Assembly: GCA_002245135.1 (NCBI GenBank)
Contig: NGBS01000604.1
Coordinates: forward strand, 62,001-125,259
Direction of reading: 5' to 3'
Origin: Proteromonas lacertae
Lineage: Eukaryota
DNA: 63,259 bases
Under the pieces are notes generated by a model, which saw only the letters and a list, made by a program, of their open reading frames with translations, ran no database searches and was not told the DNA's origin. The position numbers and the translations under genes are program-made. Positions 42,895 to 53,579 of this stretch are shown piece by piece. Positions within the stretch are counted from its first letter, which is position 1. Every line of letters starts with the position of its first letter.

Positions 42895-44941
42895 ATGGAC
42901 AAAGTGCAGAGCAACCTCAGAGAGTTATATGAGACAGAGAAGAATTATAACAAATATATCAAGTACTTAATTAACTCATTTAATTTTCTAGTGCTTTAAA
43001 CGATGTATATTTCCAAGAGATAATTAAGAATTGCCAAGATCATGAGAGTATGATTAAATTTTGCTTAAATTTCCAACCCGTTGTTGGATTACATAATCAG
43101 ATACTGGATAGCTTATCTAAGATTTATACAAATCAAATCTTGGATGATAATGCAATATTAGCCATTTTAAGTGTTTTATCTAATCATGCGCAAGCATTCA
43201 AGTTATATCGTCCCTTTTTACAACAATTTCAGCTATTTCAAACCAAATTCTTCGGCTTATCAACAAAAAAGCCAATCAAAACAATATATGAGAATGGTAT
43301 AAAAGATCCAAAATGTTGTGGTCAATCTTTTGAATCGTTAATGATAAATCCAGTGCAAAGATTACCAAGATATACATTAATATTAAAGGAGTTATTAAAG
43401 ACAATCAAACCCAATGAAAACAATGAATCTTTGAGATTAACAATTCAAGTATAAATATATTGCTTATTTATGTTATCAATTAGACAGTATTAACCAAAAT
43501 CAGTGAATTAGTCGCAGATTGTAATGAAAGTATGAAAATGTATGCCGATCCAAAGAATATCTTCAACATTTGGGATAAATGGGGAAGAAACTCACAAATA
43601 TTAAAACCTTCTAGAAAATTCATTAAAGAAGATGATTTAATCAAAAAGAAACAGAAAATTCATTTTGTATTATTTGATGATAGTTTGATGTATGGAACAG
43701 GTAATACAGTCTTTAGTGTAGGTGGAAAAAATAATTTTAAATTTCACAAACTAATCGATTTGAATAATGCAAGAATAAATTCACTAGATGAGACCAAATA
43801 TCCACTTTCATTTCAATTAGTTTCGACAATAAAATCATTTATAATTAACTGTGGAAATATTAATGAATTTAATGAGTGGTATAACCTCTTAAAATCTGAA
43901 ATTATCCATTTAAAAAAGATGAGAATAATTAGAGAATATAAAAAAATACAAAATCAATCTTCATTGTTAGTTATTGATCAAGAGAAGTTGAACAAAGCAA
44001 AATTATTGGTTAAAAAACGTGATAAATGGAATGTAGATAATTCTTCAACATATTGTATGACAAGCGAATGTTCTACTGAATTTGGAATATTTAGGAAAAG
44101 AATAATGTGTAGAAAATGTGGTAAAATATACTGTGAAAAGTGTTTATTAACTATAAACAATGATAACAATCGAGTTAAAGAAGAAGAAGAAGATAATAAT
44201 AATAATAATAATGAAATAATATGTGATGAGTGTAAAATGAATGAAAAAAACAAAATTTGTGATGAGCAGGAAGATCCAGTTATTAATGAGAATGAATTAA
44301 TAAATAATAATTTGGATAATAGTAATAAAAACAGCGATAATATCAATAGTGATTATGATTTAATATCAATGGATGGATCATCTTCAACCACTGAATCTAT
44401 CGCATCATTAGAGAATCAATCAAGCAGAAGCTTGACTTCTGAAAAAAGTGTGAAAGAACAAGAAGTTGAAATAGTAAAAGAAGAAATTAGAGAAAAAGTG
44501 AATGAGGTTAAAATTGAAGAGAAAGTAGTTGATGTTGTGAAGAATAGTAGTTCTAAAAGAAGACCAAGTAACATTATTGAAGAACAACCCAAAGAACCTG
44601 TATCATTAGAAATTGACAATAATTTTGAGGACTACAATAGTATTGATGAAAATTTGATTGAAGAAGGTGTATTTAGCAGTAAGAAAGGCAAAGTTAAGCA
44701 GTTTGCTAAAGCAATACAACAATCCTTTTTCTTATTTTTCCCAGTATAATCGTGTATATATGTTCAATAGGAATTAGTAAAGAAGTTGAAAGGAAACAGT
44801 GCATATCGTGTAGGATTTGCTTTGGTGATGATTGCTTTTCTAACAACTTTTTCAATGCCTTTCATGTTTTTCGTCAGTTTGACATGGTATTCAAAAATAT
44901 CGTATGATGTTTTTAACTCTATTAAATTAAAAAATGCTTAA
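42895..44941 (+). CDS. RhoGEF(DH)-PH-FYVE protein, copy 3, with C-terminal TM
   Basis: ELYETEKNY, INPVQRLPRYTLILKELL, RKFIKED..FVLFDD, CRKCGKIYCEKC. Intron 44744-44770 leads to a last exon with VGFALVMIAFLTTFSMPFMFFVSL and TAA at 44939-44941. Confidence 0.8.
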
Positions 44942-45026
44942 TTATAACTGTTTTGTTAAGGATTTACTCAAATATTAACGAACTTAGGCTTGGTTCGGTT
45001 TTCTAAATTTTTGTAATTAGCGAAAG

Positions 45027-46565
45027 ATGGATCCAACAAATCAGAAACACATTGTTGGATTAGATTTTGGTACTACTAATACCTGTCTCGCTGTAAAGGA
45101 AGGTGATAGTCTACATCCTATTTATGTAGAAGGAGGTAAGAGAACAATGCCTTCAGTGATTACAATTAAACCTGATGGTAGTCCTGAAATAGGTAGACAA
45201 GCAGAAAGTCGAATTGGTCAAACTAATACCATCTACGATATAAAAAGAATGATTGGGTGTACTTTTTCAGCATTAGAAACTAGAAACTTAATACAACACT
45301 GGCCATTTCATGTGGCTCCAGGTCCAAACGATAAACCAGTAATCTGTGTCGATATAAATGGAAGACAACAAAAATATTCAACAGATGGTCTGGCAACGAT
45401 GTTAATGCATGAATTTCTAAAAACAGCCCAAGATTACTTTAAATCAAAAGGAGCTACAGAGCCAATTGAAGTATCATCAATTATATCTGTTCCTGCCTAT
45501 TTTACAGAAGCACAAAGAAGAGCTACAAGACAAGCTGCTGAGAATGCAGGCTTTAAAGTAATTACATTAATCAACGAACCAACAGCGGCAGCTTTAGCTT
45601 ATGAACATATTAATCCTTTACCTGATGGAACTAAGATATTGGTGTATGATTTTGGAGGTGGTACTTTTGATGTGACAATTATGACAAAAGTGAAAGAATC
45701 TTATATCATATTAGCCTCAAATGGTTCTTTATTCTTAGGAGGTGCAGATGTGACAAATTGTTTAGTTAATCATTTCGCTCAATTATTCCTTCAGAAGACA
45801 GGTCAAAATTTGTTCCAAAATGTAGCTCAAGCCAATAGATTACATAGACAGTGTGAATATGCGAAAAGAATGTTAGCTAACAGTGATGAAGTGACAGTTG
45901 ATATGGAATACTTTGAAGATAGAGATATTGATACAACAATTACATACACACAGTTTGAGAATATAATCAGTGAGATTGTCAACGGAACAATCGATATAAT
46001 CAAAGATACGTTGAAGGATGCTCATTTATTATCTAAAGATATTAATAAAGTGATTTTAATTGGTGGATCTTCAAGACTACGACCTGTAGCTGACGCTGTG
46101 AACAAATTCTTTAATAGATCAGCAGAAGATGATATTTGTTTGAGAAATATAAATCCTGAAGAAGCTGTAGCTATTGGTAATTTATATCGAGCATATACTA
46201 GCCTAACAGTGAGAGATATAATTTCACACAGTTTGGGAGTAAAAACAGCTGATGGTGAAAGAAGAAATATAATGTCATATTTGATAAGAAAAAATGCAGA
46301 ATTACCAGCATCAGTGTCTAGAAAGTATAGTAACAGAGGAAGCAATGCTGATCATGTGACTATTGCTATTTATGAAGGTGAAGATGATAGTGTGATGAAC
46401 AATATTTTGTTAGGTTCTATAAGACTTGATACACCGAAATTGCCAGCTGGTCAGGTTGTGATTGATGTGACTTTTACTGTGTCTACAGAAGGTATTTTGA
46501 GTGTTACTGCTGTTGAAACAATTAATAATAAAACAGAAAATTTAGATATTGTGCTAAGATATTGA
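45027..46565 (+). CDS. Atypical, C-terminally short Hsp70-family protein (intronless)
   Basis: VGLDFGTTNT, SVPAYF, INEPTAAALAY, VYDFGGGTFDVT, LIGGSSR, NPEEAVAIG. Ends right after the beta substrate-binding subdomain. Confidence 0.9.
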   Translation: MDPTNQKHIVGLDFGTTNTCLAVKEGDSLHPIYVEGGKRTMPSVITIKPDGSPEIGRQAESRIGQTNTIYDIKRMIGCTFSALETRNLIQHWPFHVAPGPNDKPVICVDINGRQQKYSTDGLATMLMHEFLKTAQDYFKSKGATEPIEVSSIISVPAYFTEAQRRATRQAAENAGFKVITLINEPTAAALAYEHINPLPDGTKILVYDFGGGTFDVTIMTKVKESYIILASNGSLFLGGADVTNCLVNHFAQLFLQKTGQNLFQNVAQANRLHRQCEYAKRMLANSDEVTVDMEYFEDRDIDTTITYTQFENIISEIVNGTIDIIKDTLKDAHLLSKDINKVILIGGSSRLRPVADAVNKFFNRSAEDDICLRNINPEEAVAIGNLYRAYTSLTVRDIISHSLGVKTADGERRNIMSYLIRKNAELPASVSRKYSNRGSNADHVTIAIYEGEDDSVMNNILLGSIRLDTPKLPAGQVVIDVTFTVSTEGILSVTAVETINNKTENLDIVLRY

Positions 46566-46723
46566 TTTAAAGTCAAATTTTGGTTTTATTTTTAATCTTA
46601 TTATTATTACTTTATATTTAATACATGTTAATCTTTCCTTCATTCATCATAAAAGACAAAAAAAGAAAAAGAAAAGAATAATACAATACAGAGTGTATTT
46701 GTATAGTTCACGTTGATTTTAAA

Positions 46724-48828
46724 ATGTGGTTTTGTATAGTATTAATAGTATCTATGAGTTTGGCAACATGTCCAAATGGGTGTAGTGGCCATGGTAAATG
46801 TAATAATGAAGGACACTGTGAATGTTTTAAACAGGTTGGTTTATCCACTAAAGACTCACCTGCATTCACTGGATATGATTGTTCTCAAAGTATTATAGTG
46901 TGATCTATATAATAGGAGCTTGTCCTTTTGGTCAACCATTTTCTGCCACATTAGATTGGAAAGCTTTGGAAACAGACACTCCAATAACTTTAGAAGGAGG
47001 AGAAACAAGTCTTAGAATGCTACAACAAAGATGTTCAATTACAGATATTAATACTTATGAATATTACAATATTGAGATAGATAACTACGGAAAGCTTAGC
47101 AGAAGAAGGTGGTAAAGCATCAGTCTATTCAGAAGGGAATTATATTGGGAAATGTGATATATTGAAAGCTGAAAATTCGAAATTTAGTTGTTAAATTCAA
47201 TTTTAATTTAACTTCTACCAAGTCAGAAGAGGTTTTAATATGACATTTAAAGTGAGTGAAGAAAGAAATGATTTATCATTATATTATATTACAAAAGTGA
47301 AAGATAAGAAAATTGTAATGGCCGAAATGGAATATATTGATATACTTGGATTATACACTGAAAGTAAAAAAGATAATAATAAATATAAATTTGCTTGTTA
47401 TAATGGAGATGATATATTAAAAGAAAATGAAGTTAAAACATATGACTTTACACTTAATACTGTTAAAAATGGTGGAAGAAGAATGTTACAAGAACCAGCA
47501 GAACCAGCAGTTGAAACTACTGCAGCAACAACTGCTGAAGCAACTACTCAAGAAGCTACAACTGCAGAAGCTACAACCGCTGAGGCAACAACTCAAGAAG
47601 CTACAACTACAGAAGCCACTACAGCTGAAGCTACAACTGCAGAAACTACTACAACTGAAGCTACAACCGCTGAAGTAACTACTCAAGAAGCTACAACAAC
47701 AACTGCAGAATCAACAACAAAAACTGAAGCTACTACAACTCCAGCAGTTGAAACAACTACAGCTGAAGCAACAACAACAATACCAACAACATTAGAACCA
47801 ACCTTAACACCTTGTACAAGAAATACAACAGATAAACAATATCAATTTGAAACAGAAAGTAATGAAGTTAGAAAACGATATGATTTGTCATTTACTTTAT
47901 AGTCTATCTAATACAACTGAGTCTAATATTGATGATTTTGATGTGAAAAATTGGTTATTTAAAAAAGGTGATAAATGGTATTATGGAACAGAAACAGATA
48001 GTGAAACTGTAATTCCTCCAATAACACAAATTAAGGTACAAGAAGAAGTAAAAAACCAAATGATAAAAGAGCCAGAATATATTTATATACCAAAACCAAC
48101 ATCTGCAGATACAGAAACTGATACAACATCTCAAGTCACAAACTCTTTATTTATTGGTGCAAAAATAGCAGTTACAGTTATAGCAGAATTCATCAATTAG
48201 TCGACAAATTGTTACAGTTGTTAGTATAGAATATGAATATAATGTAAATGGTGATAGTAGAATGAGATTATTAGCAGATGATAGTTTAGATAGTAAATAT
48301 TTAAGAATTAAAACTTCACCACCATTAGATATTGAAAATGATATTGATCAATTGATTATCCAAATTACAAATGATAGTCGCAATCCTCATGAAAATACTG
48401 AATGTTCAAACCAAGGCTTGTGTAATAGAGAAACAGGAGAATGTCAATGTTTTGATGGTTTTGAAGGAATTGCCTGTCAAAGAGTCGGCTGTCCTAATAA
48501 TTGTAATAATAATGGAAGATGCGTAAGTATATCTCAAGCATTAGGAGTTGATGAAGTTAAAGGTAATACACAATTCAAATCTGAGAGTTTATTTGCTTGT
48601 AAATGTGATCCTGGTAGAAGAGGACCTGACTGTAGTTTATTAGAATGTCCATCAGGTAAAGATCCATTAGGAGGAACAAATAAAATTGGTGAAAATAACA
48701 AGCCTAATAATGATGTTGAACAAAGAGATTGTAGTGGAAGAGGTACTTGTGATTATACAACTGGTTTGTGTAAATGTTATAGTGGTTATACTGGTGAAGG
48801 ATGTCAAGAGACTGCTGCTGTGAGTTAA
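46724..48828 (+). CDS. Tenascin-type EGF protein of the stramenopile mastigoneme (Sig1/Ocm1-like) class with a mucin-like insert; frame disruptions
   Basis: Signal peptide MWFCIVLIVSMSLA, then CPNGCSGHGKC..FTGYDCSQRACPFG. C-terminal ECSNQGLCNRETGECQCFDGFEGIACQR, RGPDCSLLECPSGKDPLGG, RDCSGRGTCDYTTGLCKCYSGYTG. Unexplained frame changes near 47095, 47880 and 48190. Confidence 0.65.
47505..47790 (+). repeat. 15-bp coding repeat (EATT[A/Q/T])n, mucin-like
   Basis: ACT/GAA/GCT/ACA-rich pentapeptide array inside ORF 47240..47902. Confidence 0.9.
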
Positions 48829-49041
48829 TGGAGTTTTTTTTATGTTTCATTTTAATATTATAAATTATTGTTTATTATTATTATTTTTTATAAATCTATT
48901 GTTGCTATTGTTGCAATTATTGTAAATATTTGATGAATAAAAACCATAAAATACAGTCTATTTCTATTTTGAAAAAAAGTCAGTTACAAGATTCAAGCCA
49001 AAAGCTTGATTTATCAAAAATTTTAGAATTGAGATTTATTC

Positions 49042-50387
49042 ATGTTTACCTCATCTTCAGGTAGAGATCTTAACTCTGCAGGCATTGTTTCGCAAGGTGT
49101 TTATATGCCAAGAAAAGTAGAGCCAGGGCCAAAGCCTTACTATACTGAACCGTCTTGGATTAAACCATCCTTCAATTCGTATTTAAATTTATACTAATTC
49201 ACTGTAGAACTGTAAGAAAAGGTAAAAATCCATCAACATCACCAGCTCACGATTATGTAAGTGGTATTTGTGTTCAAGGCGTATATGTTCATTCAAAACC
49301 ATCTGCAGCAGCCACTAGTGCTGTGCCATTTGTATATCCACAATGGGGTTCTCCTTGTATGATTTTATGAAATTTATATAATTCTATAGCATTCAATAAA
49401 AATGCAACCAAAGAAAAATATCATTTCGAATATAACCCAACAGTTCATAAGAAAAAATCACCCAAAAAGAAGTCACCTAAGAAATCTCGTAAATCAACCA
49501 ATTCCACAATGAGTGAAGAAAGCCAGCCACAGCCACAGCCACCACAATTAGAAGAAAGACCATCAGACCAACCATTACCCAATGATGGAAATAAATCTCC
49601 AATTCCAGAAGAAGAAGAAGAAGGTTTTGGAAATAAAGAGCCAGTAAATGAAGAAGAGAATGATGGATTTGGATCAAATGCTGGTTTTGGTGATGATAAT
49701 GGATTTGGAAATGAAGATAATAACAATGGATTTGAAGATAATGAAAATAGTGGATTTGGAGATAACAATAATGAAAATGAAAATGATGGATTTGGTGAAG
49801 AACCAACTGAGATTGAAGGAACATTCAATTCCAATGGAAGTTATATTGAACCATCGAGCAGTAAAGAAGAAGTAATAGAAGAGAAACCTAAACAAGAAGA
49901 AGAAGAAGAAGATATTAAACTATCAGATGATGAAGAAGAAAAACCAAAGCAAGAAGAAGAAGAAAATAATGATGATGAAGTAAAAGATAATGATGAGAAT
50001 TTACCAGTGGAAGAAAATGAAGAAGATGAAAAACCAAAAGAAGAAAATAATGATGATGATATTAAACTATCAGATGATGAAGAAGAAAAACCAAAGCAAG
50101 AAGAAGAAGAAAATAATAATGATGAAGTAAAAGATAATGATGAGAATTTACCAGTGGAAGAAAATGAATTTCAACTATCTGATGATGATGAACCAAATGA
50201 ACCAACAACTACCAATAACAATTCAACAAATGAGAAGAGAAAAGATAGTGATATTAATCTATCAGATGATGATATAAACCTATCTGATGATGGAGGTGAT
50301 ATTGATTTATCTGATGCTGATTTAGCTGATTTAGGAGATGATTTGGGAGATATAAATTTATCAGATGAAGAACTTGATTTGACATAA
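49042..50387 (+). CDS. Hypothetical acidic low-complexity protein with N-terminal twin motif, GFG repeats and DINLSDD repeats
   Basis: ATG 49042 and two short introns join in frame to ORF 49509..50387. Contains an internal ~111-bp direct duplication (49911..50021 and 50058..50168). Confidence 0.7.
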
Positions 50388-50586
50388 ATAAAAAGGATTA
50401 AATATGTAATAATTTATTTATGTAATATTATATATATATATGGAGTATATATTTTATTTGTGTGTTTTATAATTCAAAATACAAATATTTTTTTATTTTC
50501 ATCTTTTTATTTTCATTTTCTCTACTCAATTCAAAAATACATCAATATATTTAAAATTAAATTAAATAAAAACAATTACAAAAAAT

Positions 50587-52280
50587 CTATTTAGGTAAAA
50601 ACTTTAATGGAGCTTTAAAACTACAAATATTGGCTAATCTTCTACTATTACCATTTTTCACATTTTCCATATCTATACTTATATTCTTTGGATTAAATAA
50701 CTTCCTTCTTATCTTCTTATCACTACTCATAACACTATCTGTATCTACAAGTGGTTCTACTGTTTCGATATATTGATGCTGTTTTTCTTTTTCTTTTTCT
50801 TTATTTTTCAATAATTTGTTCAATTCATTATTTATGATATTTTCATTAGTTTTTCTAATATTATTTTTCTGTTTAGTTTTTGTTGTTTTTGTTGATTTGG
50901 ATGTCTTTTTATTTGATTTTACAATCACTATTCTTTCTTCATCATCTTCTTCATCATCATCTATTTCAGCTGGTTTTTCTACTTCCATTTCTTCAGTTTT
51001 GTTGTTCTTATTCATTATAACCTCATCATTATCATCATCTTCTTCTACATGATTATCTGCTAAATTCACTATTCCATTTACTTCTTCTTCATCATCTTTA
51101 TCTAATGATTTTAATTCATCTAAATCATCATCTATTTCAACCTCTTCTTCTTCTTCTTTCATTTTTATTTTTGATGTTTCAATCACTTTATTCTCTTTTC
51201 TATTCTTTTTAAACCGCTTATTATCATTTTTATTCTGCTTTTTATCTTTACTATTATTACTCTTTTCATTTCTCTTTCTCTTAATTTTCACTTCTTTTAT
51301 CTCTTCTTCTTCTTCTTCAACTTCTTTTTCTTCTTCTTTTTCATGTTGAACAACTTCATTTTCTTTCTTTTTCATTTCTTCTTTTTCTTTTTCTCTATTG
51401 ATTATCATTTCCTTCAATTCAGCTATTTCTTTCTTCACTATTTCATTTAATTCATTTTCTTTATTCTCTTTTATTAATCTATCGTTTATTAATTCCATTT
51501 GTTTCAACTGCATCATGTATTTTTCTTCAATTGAATCAATTCTTTTTATTTTCTCAGATAATTCGATTTTATATTGATTGTTTTCGATATTTAACTTTTC
51601 TATTATATCATCTTTTTCTGATTCACTTTTTTCATTTTCTTCTACCTTTTCTTTCACTATAACGATATAATGTTAAAAACATAAATAATATATACTCAAT
51701 TCAATTTGTTTATCTTTTTCATTTATTTCTTTATCTTTCTCAGATATGATTTTCTCATTTTCAAATTTTTCTGTCTCTAATGATTTATTCAATTCAACAA
51801 TTTTATTGGTTAGTTCATTTAATATTGATTTTGATTCTTCGTTTTCTTTTGTTTTAATTTTCAAGTCATTTTCTACATGTTCTAATTCAGATACTTTGTC
51901 TTCTAAATCTAAGATATATTCTTCTCTTTCTTTGGCTTCTTCCAACTAAAATTTATGTAAATAGAATAATTATATACTTCTACTCCATATAAAAATTGTA
52001 GTTCATGATATCTAGCTCGAATTGAGTACATTTTTGATTTCTGTGATTGGTAATCAATGTCATTCTGTAATCTTTCATTGTTAAGTTGATTATTGTATGC
52101 ATCACATGCCTCGTTCAATATTTCATCGTATTTATTTATAGATTCTCTCAATTTCTGAATGTATTTTTCTTTCTCTTCCATTCGTCTAGCTAGTCTATTT
52201 TTTTCTACCCTTAAACCCAATATTTCAAGTCTAGATTCATGCAATTCTTTTGCAATGTCAGTATTTATCGTTTGAGTCAT
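50587..52280 (-). CDS. Hypothetical long coiled-coil protein
   Basis: Three co-oriented E/K-rich ORFs joinable by short GT-AG introns near 51945-51977 and 51657-51695. Confidence 0.7.
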
Positions 52281-52354
52281 TAAAAAAAGTGATTTAGTTT
52301 TGAATTTTTATAAACAGCTAGTTTTTTTCAATAAAACGAATATAAATTTTAAAT

Positions 52355-53506
52355 ATGCCAAATAACATAAGAGTGTTGGATCTGAATTGTACATCTTCGT
52401 ATAACTTTTATTTTAATATATAACTTGTTTTAGTTTAACACCATCAAGTGAAGAGCAATGGAAGGTGTTTTTTACTTATTTGTTTGAGAATAATCCTACT
52501 ATCATTTATTGTCTTCAACAAATTAGATTTTTTGGATGGTTGTTTGATTTAATGAGTGAATATGGCTATGATTATACAAATCACTTGAAATCTATATCTT
52601 TTTATACTTATTTTTAATAGAAGTTTATTTAATTCACTGTAAGAAAAGGGAGACGAGATTATAACACTTATTGCAATACCTAAGAATATGAAAATCAAAA
52701 TACTCAATGCCTATACAAAGCTGTTACTTGATTTTGAAGATTCGTATTACACAGGAGCAGTATGTTTTTATGATCTTGAATTCAATGAAAGACCTTTTGT
52801 GCTTTGTAATGTTTCACTTCATTATGATAATAATCCTAATGAAAATACGAGATCGTCTAGACATTCAACTGAAGTGAGATTATTATTAAAAGATCTTGAT
52901 GAATTCAATAGGAAAAAACATTTTTGTATTATAACTGGATCATTTTTAGAAATGCAATTTTCTGATCCTTATAAGGAAATAATGAGTACAGTACAAGATA
53001 ATTATATTGATGTAAATTCAAATAGACAATATTATACGTGCTATTATCCAGGTAAAGGTGTTACATTTGATCATATGTTTATATCTCATCGTTTTAAGTT
53101 GAAAATGTTATATATTCCACCTAATGATTCTTATTGTAAAGTGCTACTATCAAATCATGTACCGTTGATGTGTGATATTGATATTTTTCCCAATGAAGAA
53201 AATAGTAGTATAACTTCAATCGCATCACCTTCAATTCCTGTTCATAATCAAAATATTCCTTTTACTTACCAAATATCACCACCAGCTACTAGTATTCAAC
53301 AGATTCCAAATCAAATGTCTCAATCTCAACAGTATCCCTATCAACCTCCACTATCTTTACCACAGCAACAGATACAATCACAATATTATCAATATTATTC
53401 ACAGAAGAAGATATATCCAACACAATATCAACAACAACAACAACAAATATATCAACCACCTCCCCCATTACCACAACCACAACAATCTCAAGCAAAACCC
53501 CAATAA
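52355..53506 (+). CDS. EEP (endonuclease/exonuclease/phosphatase)-fold protein with Q/P-rich tail
   Basis: IRVLDLNC, IIYCLQQ, EYGYDY, CNVSLH, IITGSF, TFDHMFIS, SNHVPLMCDI. Several catalytic positions are non-canonical. Confidence 0.65.
52594..52642 (+). other. Candidate U12-type intron with AT-AA termini, 49 nt
   Basis: Starts ATATCTTT at a codon boundary, with a branch-like TTATTTAAT. With this donor, only a 3' end at 52642 restores the frame of ORF 52688. Confidence 0.5.
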
Positions 53507-53579
53507 TATAAAGAAATAAACAATTTAATTATAAAGAAATTAATATAATATTATATATGTATTGATATATATATATAAT

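Noticed and set aside
47505..50168. Repeat arrays as CRISPR
   Set aside because: They are in-frame coding repeats in a eukaryotic context, with no repeat-spacer structure and no cas genes.
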